Shown here: in pieces, positions 29,087-37,422 of the stretch
Layout of the letters: every line of letters starts with the position of its first letter
How positions within the stretch are numbered: the first letter of the stretch is position 1
From: an uncultured Gammaproteobacteria bacterium
GTDB taxonomy: Bacteria > Pseudomonadota > Gammaproteobacteria > JAADHQ01
Assembly (NCBI GenBank): GCA_947258755.1
Contig: CAMYJO010000010.1
Span: forward strand, 36,814 to 100,813
Direction: 5' to 3'
Length of the DNA: 64,000 bases
Position numbers and translations under genes: made by a program
Notes under the pieces: model-generated
The model's input: the letters and a program-made list of their open reading frames with translations, nothing else
Databases searched by the model: none
What the model was told of the DNA's origin: nothing

Positions 29087-30940
29087 ATGATACATGAAGA
29101 AATCTTAATCACCCTGACAGGGATCGGCCTGTTATCGATCGCCTGTCAGTGGTTTGCCTGGTGGGTCAAACTCCCAGCTATCCTGTTTCTATTGCTGACC
29201 GGCATTGCCGCTGGACCGTTAACGGGCTGGCTACAACCGGATAAGATTTTTGGCGACCTGTTATTTCCGATGGTGTCGTTATCAGTGGCGATTATCCTGT
29301 TTGAAGGTAGCCTGACCCTGAAATTAGATGAGATTCGTGGCCTGACCACAATTGTCCGACGTATGGTTACCGTCGGCGTGCTGGTTACCTGGGCCATCAT
29401 TAGCCTGACGACCCATTGGGCGCTTGGCTTTTCCTGGGAGCTATCCTTCCTGTTTGGGGCAGTTGCAGTGGTCACCGGACCCACAGTCATCGTCCCTATG
29501 CTGCGTACAGTACGCCCAACATCAAGAATTTCCAATATCTTACGCTGGGAAGGCATTGTTATTGACCCCATCGGCGCTATTCTCGCGGTCCTGGTATTTG
29601 AATTTATTATTGCAAGTGCCACAGGAGGCGGGGCTTTAGGCCATACCTTGCTGACATTTGGCAAGACCTTGTTGATTGGCTTCATTACAGGGGCTCTGGG
29701 TGGTTATATTCTCGGTGTTATTCTACGCAATCACTGGTTACCGGAATACCTGCATAACGTTGCAGCGTTAACCCTGGTGTTTGGCATTTTTACCTTATCC
29801 AATCTGGGTCAGGAAGAATCAGGCCTGCTGGCTGTTACCATTATGGGTATGTTGCTTGCCAACATGAAGCGCGTTTCAGTCGATAATATTCTCGACTTCA
29901 AGGAAAGCCTCAGCGTGCTGTTGATATCAGGCCTGTTCATCATCCTGGCTGCACGCACTGAATTCGCTCAATTTACCGAGCTTGGTATAGCAGGGATAAT
30001 CGTATTCCTTGTCATCCAGTTTGTAGCCAGACCTTCCAAGGTCCTTGTTTCAACCTGGGGATCCTCGTTGAAATGGCAGGAGAGGGCGCTGTTAAGCTGG
30101 ATTGCTCCACGCGGTATTGTAGCCGCTGCCGTAGCCGCATTGTTTGCACTTAAATTACAGCAACAGGGCTATGAGCAAGCCGCATTACTGGTACCACTGA
30201 CATTTATGGTAATTATCGGTACGGTCGTGTTACAGAGTGCGACATCTCGGTCAATTGCCCGCTGGCTAGGCGTTGCCGAACCAGAAGCGAAGGGTTTCCT
30301 GGTCATTGGTGCCAATCCATTTGCTCGCGCCGTTGGCCGAGCACTCAATGACAAGGACTATCGTACACTGCTGGTGGATTCTAACTGGGACAATATTCGC
30401 GTAGCCTTAATGGAAGGCCTGAATACCTACTATGGTAATCCTGTCTCGGAACATGCTGATCGTCACATTGATCTAGTCGGTATCGGCCAACTACTGGCAT
30501 TATCACCACGATCAGAGCTCAATGCACTGACGACGATGCGTTATCATGCCGAATTCGGCGGTGGCAACCTGCTTGCATTAAAACCGTCAGATGAAGAAGA
30601 CTCAACAGATAAACGAAAAATAAGCATGCCAAAAGGAGCAAAAATACTTTTTGATGAAGAAGTCGACTACAACAGTCTATCTGCAATGATGACTGATGGT
30701 GCCGAAATACGCAGCACCAATATCACCGAAAAATTTGATATGAGTGACTACAATAAAAAATACTATGGTCGCTCAGTACCGTTATTTGCCTTCAATCCGA
30801 AAGGACGAATCTTTCCGTTTGCTGCAGATGTACAGCCCTCTCCAGGCCCAGGGTGGAGCGTAATGGCACTTGTTCTAAATGGGGATGAAAAACCGGAAGA
30901 TAAAGAGGCCGGGCAACAGCACGACGAAAAACAAGACTAG
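29087..30940 (+). CDS. Cation:proton antiporter (CPA1/NhaP-type Na+/H+ exchanger)
   Basis: A transporter of about 12 transmembrane segments with NhaP-like sequence and a C-terminal soluble tail. Confidence 0.8.
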   Translation: MIHEEILITLTGIGLLSIACQWFAWWVKLPAILFLLLTGIAAGPLTGWLQPDKIFGDLLFPMVSLSVAIILFEGSLTLKLDEIRGLTTIVRRMVTVGVLVTWAIISLTTHWALGFSWELSFLFGAVAVVTGPTVIVPMLRTVRPTSRISNILRWEGIVIDPIGAILAVLVFEFIIASATGGGALGHTLLTFGKTLLIGFITGALGGYILGVILRNHWLPEYLHNVAALTLVFGIFTLSNLGQEESGLLAVTIMGMLLANMKRVSVDNILDFKESLSVLLISGLFIILAARTEFAQFTELGIAGIIVFLVIQFVARPSKVLVSTWGSSLKWQERALLSWIAPRGIVAAAVAALFALKLQQQGYEQAALLVPLTFMVIIGTVVLQSATSRSIARWLGVAEPEAKGFLVIGANPFARAVGRALNDKDYRTLLVDSNWDNIRVALMEGLNTYYGNPVSEHADRHIDLVGIGQLLALSPRSELNALTTMRYHAEFGGGNLLALKPSDEEDSTDKRKISMPKGAKILFDEEVDYNSLSAMMTDGAEIRSTNITEKFDMSDYNKKYYGRSVPLFAFNPKGRIFPFAADVQPSPGPGWSVMALVLNGDEKPEDKEAGQQHDEKQD

Positions 30941-31054
30941 GATTTGAATGTCCTAGTCACAGGGATGAGCAGGGTGGCTGCATACTCAAACTCCAATCTC
31001 GAGTAACTGACTCACCTCATAAACCGATAAATGCTTTTATTCAAACATTTGCTT

Positions 31055-31468
31055 TCAGATTTTTGAAAGTGATTCAACAATGGGACAGTACTGGTCGCTG
31101 GCATCTCTCTTGCAAGTATTGATTAATTGATTCAGTGTTTCTCGTAAGGCCTGGAGATCCTGAATCTGTCTGTCAATCTTTTCACGTTTTTGTTCTGCAC
31201 GTTTTCTGACATCCAGGCAGCCTCCATGACCAAGGGACATTAATTCTGCAACTTCCTGTAGGCTGAAGCCCAATTGCTGCGCCCGTTTTATAAATTTGAT
31301 CTGCTCTATCGTATCTGAATGGTAATGTCGGTAGCCGTGTGCCGGTTTTATTGGTTCGATAATTAGCCCGATACGTTGATAGTAACGTATGGTCTCAACA
31401 TTAACGCCGGCGGTTTTTGCCAGCTGGCCAATAGTTAATTCCGGTCCTATAGACGCTGATTTGCTCAT
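31055..31468 (-). CDS. merR: Mercuric resistance transcriptional regulator MerR
   Basis: MerR helix-turn-helix 'LTIGQLAKTAGVNVETIRYYQRIGL'. Hg-binding Cys pattern 'GHGGC...C(x8)CP..ESL', spaced as in Tn21/Tn501 MerR. Confidence 0.85.
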   Translation of the reverse strand: MSKSASIGPELTIGQLAKTAGVNVETIRYYQRIGLIIEPIKPAHGYRHYHSDTIEQIKFIKRAQQLGFSLQEVAELMSLGHGGCLDVRKRAEQKREKIDRQIQDLQALRETLNQLINTCKRDASDQYCPIVESLSKI

Positions 31469-31486
31469 CTTTCTTCACCCATCTGC

Positions 31487-31518
31487 TTGACTCCGTACCT
31501 AAGTACGTAGTTTATGCT
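31487..31518. promoter_or_regulatory. mer operator/promoter: -35 TTGACT followed by MerR dyad 'CCGTAC-CTAA-GTACG' and a putative -10
   Basis: The motif lies in the 82-bp divergent merR-merC intergenic region. The dyad closely resembles the Tn21 operator 'TCCGTACATGAGTACGGA' placed between the -35 and -10 elements. Confidence 0.55.
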
Positions 31519-31550
31519 TTCCATAACAGAATTCAAGCTTAGGGTCGATT

Positions 31551-31964
31551 ATGTTGTGGATTACACGGATCTTTGATAAAGCCGGCGCTGTAGGTGCGGT
31601 GGTGTCAGCCCTGGGCTGTGCATATTGTTTTCCGGCCCTGGGGGCTTTGGGTGTATCAATGGGTCTGGCCTTCCTTTCCTCATTTGAAGGACTTTTTATC
31701 AATACATTACTCCCAATTTTCGCATGGGTAGCGCTGGCAGCCAATGTGATTGCATTTCTGTCCCATCTTCGTTGGCTTCGTCTGCTAGCCGGAATCGCTG
31801 GCCCTGGCATGGTGTTGTTGGCCCTGTATCCTCTGTGGCCCTATGCCTGGAGTACTTACCTGTTTTACATCGGTTTAATCATCATGATGTTAGTCGCGGT
31901 TTGGGATATAGTTTCACCGGCACACAAACGCTATGCCGTGCTGGTTACTGAAGGGATAAAATAA
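31551..31964 (+). CDS. merC: Mercury transport protein MerC
   Basis: 'RIFDKAGAVGAVVSALGCAYCFPALGALGVSMGLAFLSSFEGLFINTLLPIFA' is near-collinear with MerC ('RIADKTGALGSVVSAMGCAACFPALASFGAAIGLGFLSQYEGLFISRLLPLFA'). Confidence 0.85.
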   Translation: MLWITRIFDKAGAVGAVVSALGCAYCFPALGALGVSMGLAFLSSFEGLFINTLLPIFAWVALAANVIAFLSHLRWLRLLAGIAGPGMVLLALYPLWPYAWSTYLFYIGLIIMMLVAVWDIVSPAHKRYAVLVTEGIK

Positions 31965-32185
31965 TGAAAAACCAAATTATCTTGGAATCTGAGATTAGCT
32001 GTCCACAGTGTGGCCACACTGAGTTGGAAACTATGCCGACCGATGCCTGTCAATGGTATTACGAATGCAAGGGATGTGGCGCATTATTAAAACCGAAAAA
32101 AGGGGATTGCTGTGTATTCTGTTCCTATGGCACGGTCCCATGCCCACCTAACCAGGAGGGTAGTGAACCTTGTTGTTCTTCTTGA
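31964..32185 (+). CDS. GDCCVxC-domain small Cys-rich protein
   Basis: 'CPQCGH...CKGCG...GDCCVFCSYG' in a 73-aa product. The start overlaps the merC stop (ATGA). There is no in-frame TGA, so this copy is not a selenoprotein. Confidence 0.55.
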   Translation: MKNQIILESEISCPQCGHTELETMPTDACQWYYECKGCGALLKPKKGDCCVFCSYGTVPCPPNQEGSEPCCSS

Positions 32186-32214
32186 AAGGTGAAACATTGA
32201 ATGAGGAATCAAAA

Positions 32215-32643
32215 ATGAAATTATCGATTAACGCACTACTATTTATTTTTATACTAGAAGGCCTGTATGCCTCGATAGTCTATGCCGACAATAAAGCGGT
32301 CTCTTTTGTTATGCAACTGACACGCGCAGCAGATAACTATGGGCACAGGAAGGCATTCTTACAAATAGACAAAGTGCTGGATGATATCGGTGATAAAAAA
32401 TTAAACATAGTAGTAGTCGCTTATGAAGACGGCATACATGCACTGCTGGAAGAAAATAAAGAGACATCCCAACTACTGACTAAGTTGGCCAATCGTGGTG
32501 TTCAATTCAAGGCCTGCCGGATCAGTATGCGCGCATGGGGATTGAAAGATCTGCAGTTTCCATTAGAAGTTGAATTTGTACCAGCAGGTGCACCAGAGGT
32601 CATTAAATTACAAATGCTGGGTCATAAATACTGGCGTCCTTGA
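32215..32643 (+). CDS. DsrE/DsrF-like family protein with signal peptide
   Basis: 'NIVVVAYEDGIHALL...GVQFKACRISM' resembles the DsrE/YchN fold. Hydrophobic N-terminus. The ORF track opens at 32170. The ATG at 32215 is chosen. Confidence 0.45.
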   Translation: MKLSINALLFIFILEGLYASIVYADNKAVSFVMQLTRAADNYGHRKAFLQIDKVLDDIGDKKLNIVVVAYEDGIHALLEENKETSQLLTKLANRGVQFKACRISMRAWGLKDLQFPLEVEFVPAGAPEVIKLQMLGHKYWRP

Positions 32644-32994
32644 CGACCAATTACTCAGTAGGATTACATTTACATATGGTCAAGTTTTTTTATATAGTTG
32701 AGGACTTATATACCTGCTCTGGGATTGTCTCAGTCATAATCCCTCGATACCTGGCACATTTACGTCAAAGCAGAGTTGTCCATGATCGACGTGCCGGGCA
32801 GTGCAGTTGGTCTTTACCGTCTTCATAATACCTTACCCAACTAAATCTACACTTTCTTACAGGCAGTATCGGCCAGAATTGAAAAATTAACGCAGTATTG
32901 TGACAATATGAAAATGTAAAAGAGACAGTTTAAATATTTGCATCACATCATGCGGTTTGTATCACTAATATCATCACATGTTATGTGGGCCTAA

Positions 32995-34209
32995 TTAATT
33001 CGGATTTGCTCCGACAAATAAATAGCGTATACATGTGCTGTATTCGTCAGGGTCAAACAGTATCGGATTTTCAGCGATGAAGGTATAAATATCATCAGCA
33101 TCCTTAAGAATTCTCTCGACCTGCCAGATCGTATTGATTACATGAGTTATCGTGATAGTTTTATTTTGCTGGTATAGCGCTACAAGAATAATAGTCGAAA
33201 TCGCAAATGTGATGTTGCAATAGGCTAACGACAATAATAAATTATCATGGCGTGGATTAAATGGAAAGCCATGATTTATATAGGTGATTAAAATATAATT
33301 TTGAAGTAGCCCTTCGATTTGCCTGGCCACTTTATGGTCATCCCAATTTACGCTCAACATCTTTTTCAGTTTCTTTGTTTTTTTGCTTTGGTTGCTGTAA
33401 GAAGAGCTCTTCAGAATTGAATAGATTGCTGATTTTTCAATATGCAGATCTTTGAATCTAATGTTTCGTTGAACAATGATTTCTAAAGCCGCTTGCCAGT
33501 ATAGTAAAAATGCTTCAGAGTCGAGCAAGGCACGATCGCAGGCAGCTGAGGGCCTTGAGGTAGATTTGATGTCCGCGTCAGGTAAGCATTTTTTTATAAT
33601 GTCAGGGAAATGTTGTCTGCCATAATGTGTATCTTCCAGCATGTTTATGAGATCGCCGGTAGAGCTGGTTATCAGGTAAAGTTTTAAGCTTAATGTTAAG
33701 TCTGGTGATCTCATGATCTTTTTGATAAATACATATAATTTGTAGAATATTTGTTCCTTGTCTGATAATTTCAAGAAACGGTCATTGTTAAAATCCATGT
33801 CCTCACTGAATAAGTTATGGATGCCATATTCTCCAATTAATCTGGCAATCTCTGGGCAGGCTAAAGTTGCTGTGTTTATAGTCTGCATTGCAAAATATTC
33901 AGCTTGACGCGGGAATGCTCTACAGCCATCGGGTTGTAAAGATTCTCCGAAGAGTGATTGAATAGAGCAATGGCCATTTTCATCAAGTGCCGCGCAATTG
34001 CCATCCGAACTTTTAGCCATAAGCCAATTGTTCTCTGGCGTAGTGGCTTTCTGGTTAGCAAAGCCATGAAGAGCCATGCGCACATGTTTTTTTTGATTAT
34101 TCCATCTTTCAAGTGTCGCAGAGTCGATGTTGACGGACCATTCAATACAGCAATGTTGGATGCAGTGTTCCTTTAAGCAGGAAAAGTTATTTAATGCGTT
34201 TAATTTCAT
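32995..34209 (-). CDS. FliB-like protein with YkgJ-type CxxCxxCC zinc/iron-chelating domain (putative lysine-N-methylase family)
   Basis: The N-terminal 'FSCLKEHCIQHCCIEW' parallels Salmonella FliB 'FQCIGSECEDHCCKGW'. The length (404 aa) is similar to FliB. There is a second Cys cluster 'DGNCAALDENGHC'. Confidence 0.45.
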   Translation of the reverse strand: MKLNALNNFSCLKEHCIQHCCIEWSVNIDSATLERWNNQKKHVRMALHGFANQKATTPENNWLMAKSSDGNCAALDENGHCSIQSLFGESLQPDGCRAFPRQAEYFAMQTINTATLACPEIARLIGEYGIHNLFSEDMDFNNDRFLKLSDKEQIFYKLYVFIKKIMRSPDLTLSLKLYLITSSTGDLINMLEDTHYGRQHFPDIIKKCLPDADIKSTSRPSAACDRALLDSEAFLLYWQAALEIIVQRNIRFKDLHIEKSAIYSILKSSSYSNQSKKTKKLKKMLSVNWDDHKVARQIEGLLQNYILITYINHGFPFNPRHDNLLLSLAYCNITFAISTIILVALYQQNKTITITHVINTIWQVERILKDADDIYTFIAENPILFDPDEYSTCIRYLFVGANPN

Positions 34210-35046
34210 TTTAGTAGGCTGGCAAGTATTATTTTAAAGTCAAAAAACATTGTCGCAAACAAAAGGTGCAATAATTGAATAGCTGCTTGGTAGACAAGGT
34301 GTAAAGTTGCAAGTTCAGGAATGGTGTGAATTTTGATAAATCGAAATGATACTTCGGTTAAAGGTGACAGTTACACATAGCTATGTATACGTAAGATAAA
34401 GGTATAGGTTTAGTGTTTTGATTGCCTGTAATATTTAACAGAGCTGATAGAGAAGCAGCTAGTTGAATTAAACGTATGTTTGGTATTTAATTGTTTATGA
34501 CTGTAAGTAAGACTGAGTGATATTTCCGTTGATAAATCTTATGAGTAACTAAGTAAAAATTATTTAAATCATTATGTTTTGTAGAAACACTTGCTGAAAT
34601 GTTATGGTGTATGGTTTGCATACAAGCTCATCCTTAAAGCTTTGATGATCCATATAAGCTCGGCTTGTTATAAAATAATTATACTTAACATTGCCAGTCG
34701 CGTGGTTAAGTGATGGAAAGCATGGAAAGTGGTATGATGGGGCAAGGTCTGCACGACTGAGGCAAATTGAGAATGGGGCATGCAGGTACCGTGTTCCATA
34801 ACATGATTCATCAGCGTTTGAACCAAATGAATGAGTGGTTGGATATGACGCAGATGATAATGGATAAGAATGATGAATCATTAATAGGAACCTGAACGAC
34901 TACGTAACCGGTGATGGAAGATCAGCGCTAGTGTAAGTGCGAGTAAATGCATTTAAATACATGATGTCTATATAGTGAATCTGACGGCTGAAAAGAATAT
35001 ACATTAGTTGGCCAGGATTTGAGAGGTGCGGCGCGTGACGTCTTTT

Positions 35047-35442
35047 ATGAGACATATTGCAGGAAAAGTCCTGGTTGTATGGCTGTTGTCGTGGATGCTA
35101 GCTGTACTGCAGCCATGTTGTGAGGCTATTGCTTCAACTCTGCCTCATGAGCACGCACAAGCACAGGATGTACATGCGGGAGACCATGCTGATGGCGCAG
35201 ATGCTGCCGCCGACCACCAGCACTGCGAACCGGAGATCGCGGATGTCAGCGATCTATCCGCGCCTGTCAGCGAAAAGCTGCAGGCAAATCATCCTCAGCC
35301 GAAACCCGATAAGGCTGCAGTTTGGCTATTGTTTCCGGACGAACTTACGGCATCTGTTGCTCGCGCATTACCGGTTTTCCACCACCCACCGCCCGGTCGT
35401 CATGCCCGGGTCTATCTACAGACACAACGACTTCGGGTTTGA
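35047..35442 (+). CDS. His/Asp-rich single-pass membrane protein, paralog A (putative metal-binding)
   Basis: Transmembrane 'VLVVWLLSWMLAVL', 'PCCE' motif and H/D-rich region 'HEHAQAQDVHAGDHADGADAAADHQHCEPE'. It ends '...VYLQTQRLRV'. It is a paralog of 47755..48120. The track starts at a GTG at 35026. Confidence 0.5.
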   Translation: MRHIAGKVLVVWLLSWMLAVLQPCCEAIASTLPHEHAQAQDVHAGDHADGADAAADHQHCEPEIADVSDLSAPVSEKLQANHPQPKPDKAAVWLLFPDELTASVARALPVFHHPPPGRHARVYLQTQRLRV

Positions 35443-35544
35443 TCATTTCCTTTGTGTTGGAGTGACGTGTACAGACGTTACTCCGGATGTTTGTTGTGGG
35501 GGAAACGCGTCCCCACGTGACAACGCTATACAAAGGAGAAGATT

Positions 35545-36183
35545 ATGACATTCCCATGTTTGTTTTCACCGCGATCAGCATTATCTGTTGGATCGGCATT
35601 GACATTGGTCACCGGTCTATTTCTAAACATCCCTGTCTGGGCGGGTGGTGTGGGTCACGAACACACACCGAGCAGTGAGCGTACGACCGCCGGTGCACAG
35701 GAGGAACATCACGGTGGGGCGATGGAAGGACGCCACCGCCACGGTGAGTGGGCTTCACCCCCGCTTGAATACGCCGACAATAACAGTAACCGTTGGACCA
35801 ATCTTGATGCAATCAAAAGGGGTCAACGCTTATACACGCAAAACTGTATGAGTTGCCACGGTGTGGATGGCAAGGGTGCCGGTCCGACCGCATCCACGCT
35901 CCAGCATCCCCCAGCTGATCTAACCAACCACTTTCATAAAGCGCCCGGGGAAGGCGACGCCTACCTGTTTTGGCGGGTGAGTGAGGGCGGCTCTGTGGAA
36001 CCATTCAAGTCCATGCAATCTGCAATGCCCGCCTTCAAGAACACTCTAGGCAAGGAAGAACGCTGGGATGTGCTTGCCTATGTGCACGCCTATTTCCACC
36101 TCGGCCTGGCTGAGTGGAAAGAAGAAAGACGTGCCGTCAAGTCAAACAAGAGTAATGGAGGTCACCGCCATGATCGTGAATGA
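35545..36183 (+). CDS. Class I c-type cytochrome with His-rich N-terminal region
   Basis: Signal peptide, 'CMSCHG' heme-binding motif, a downstream Met ligand region, and His-rich 'HEHTPS...EEHHGGAMEGRHRHGEW'. Confidence 0.7.
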   Translation: MTFPCLFSPRSALSVGSALTLVTGLFLNIPVWAGGVGHEHTPSSERTTAGAQEEHHGGAMEGRHRHGEWASPPLEYADNNSNRWTNLDAIKRGQRLYTQNCMSCHGVDGKGAGPTASTLQHPPADLTNHFHKAPGEGDAYLFWRVSEGGSVEPFKSMQSAMPAFKNTLGKEERWDVLAYVHAYFHLGLAEWKEERRAVKSNKSNGGHRHDRE

Positions 36184-36589
36184 ATTGGCGAAGCGGGCGG
36201 GGGTTGAACCGCACGTGGTACGTTACTATACGCGCATCGGCTTGCTCAAACCTAAGCGCGATCGCTGCAACGGCTACAAGCTATTCTCCTCCGAAGACAT
36301 ACGGCGATTGGAATTCATACGCCAGGCGCAGCACTTCGGTTTCACGCTGTCGGAGATCGCAACCGTACTCGATCAGCACGAGAATGAAGGCTGTGAATGC
36401 TGCCATACAATGTACGTGACGTTGCATCAGCGCATTGAGGAACATCGCTGCAAGCTTGAGGAGATGATAGTCCAGCAGAATCGTATGGAGGGAGCATTGA
36501 TGCGTTGGGATGCTGCGGGCGGTGCCGGGTGCGCGGGGAGCCCCGTTTGTCCCTCCATCAAATCCGGCGGCTGCCCTGGCAGGTCTTGA
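36170..36589 (+). CDS. MerR-family metal-responsive regulator (paralog 1 of 3)
   Basis: Helix-turn-helix 'ELAKRAGVEPHVVRYYTRIGLLKPKRDRCNGYKLF'. Cys-rich C-terminus 'GCECCH...GGCPG'. The ATG at 36170 overlaps the cytochrome c stop. Confidence 0.75.
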   Translation: MIVNELAKRAGVEPHVVRYYTRIGLLKPKRDRCNGYKLFSSEDIRRLEFIRQAQHFGFTLSEIATVLDQHENEGCECCHTMYVTLHQRIEEHRCKLEEMIVQQNRMEGALMRWDAAGGAGCAGSPVCPSIKSGGCPGRS

Positions 36590-36915
36590 CCTGTATGTTG
36601 CACACAGGTTGTAGTCTTACGTTACATGACCAAAAGCCGTTGTTTCCTGTACGTGTTGGTGGTTGGGTCGTTCTGTGCCAAGGATGCGGAATTTCACGCA
36701 ACTGCAGGTGACATTTCGGCGGTGACGCCATTGACCGAACCCCCACGCCTGATCGCGGCGCAGGTTCTTCCCAGTACATTCAATGCGGCTCCAGGTACTG
36801 CGCTTCATGGCATTTGCACGCTAGAGTGCCAAGTTAAGGGAAACTGGAATGCCCGGAGCTTGGTGGGCGATAAAGATAAGGTCTGATTGTGGAATTGAAT
36901 TCTGAGAGGGGATAG

Positions 36916-37050
36916 TATTGTGAAAACGGAAAACCTGGATCGGAAGAGACGCAAGTTCCTTGTTGCGACGACCACCGTGGTGGGGGCCGCTGGATTGGCT
37001 ACAGTCACGGTTCCATCGGAAGTCAGGCTTGCAGATGAAGAAGCTATTTA
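36916..37050 (+). pseudogene. Fragment encoding a Tat-signal N-terminus similar to the Rieske protein at 44862
   Basis: The translation 'VKTENLDRKRRKFLVATTTVVGAAGLATVTVP...*' parallels 'TDFKRRRFLIAATSVVGGGGIALASIPF' of the Rieske protein. It stops after 44 codons. Confidence 0.35.
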
Positions 37051-37123
37051 ATAAGCGGTGTCCTTTGTATAGAATGAGAAAAATTTACCGTGTAACTAGA
37101 GCACTCGGTGCCGAGGAGAACTT

Positions 37124-37264
37124 ATGGATGGACTACTTTCGTTTTTGTTATTCGCGGGGTTGTTTTACCTCATGATGCGTTTCGGCTGCGGGGCGCACAT
37201 GGTGCACGGGCATGGCCATGGCCATGGTTCCGGCCACGATGGCGGGCGCCCAGGTAGCACGTAG
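37124..37264 (+). CDS. DUF2933-like small His-rich membrane protein (copy 1)
   Basis: The 46-aa product 'MDGLLSFLLFAGLFYLMMRFGCGAHMVHGHGHGHGSGHDGG...' has the same architecture as the copies at 41887 and 59249. Confidence 0.4.
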   Translation: MDGLLSFLLFAGLFYLMMRFGCGAHMVHGHGHGHGSGHDGGRPGST

Positions 37265-37278
37265 ACCCGGTATGCGGC

Positions 37279-37422
37279 ATGGAGGTACAAGCCGACGCAG
37301 GCTACGGAAAGATGCATGCAGGTGAGCTCTATCGTTTCTGCTCTCGAAACTGTCTGGATAAATTTGAAGCCGAACCTGACAAGTATCTCAGAGTGTCAGA
37401 TGATCAAGGAGATGAAATATGA
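37279..37422 (+). pseudogene. N-terminally truncated YHS/TRASH-domain gene (copy 1)
   Basis: The frame reads '*HVDPVCGMEVQADAGYGKMHAGELYRFCSRNCLDKFEAEPDKYL...'. This is collinear with the intact YHS gene at 59986 ('DPVCGMEV...YYFCSGGCREAFEAEPDKYL'). A stop codon lies immediately upstream of 'HVDP', so only an internal ATG is available. Confidence 0.4.

Noticed and set aside
31964-32185. Selenocysteine in the GDCCVxC protein
   Set aside because: The family includes selenoproteins. This ORF is complete with Cys codons and has no in-frame TGA, so there is no evidence of Sec here.
34564-34881. 105-aa minus-strand ORF in the AT-rich spacer before the GC-rich island
   Set aside because: No start context and odd composition. 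The region looks non-coding. It is treated as an intergenic spacer.
36626-36886. 86-aa plus-strand ORF between MerR paralog 1 and the Rieske fragment
   Set aside because: No recognisable motif. It lies in a region full of gene remnants and could be a decayed fragment. Not confident enough to call a CDS.
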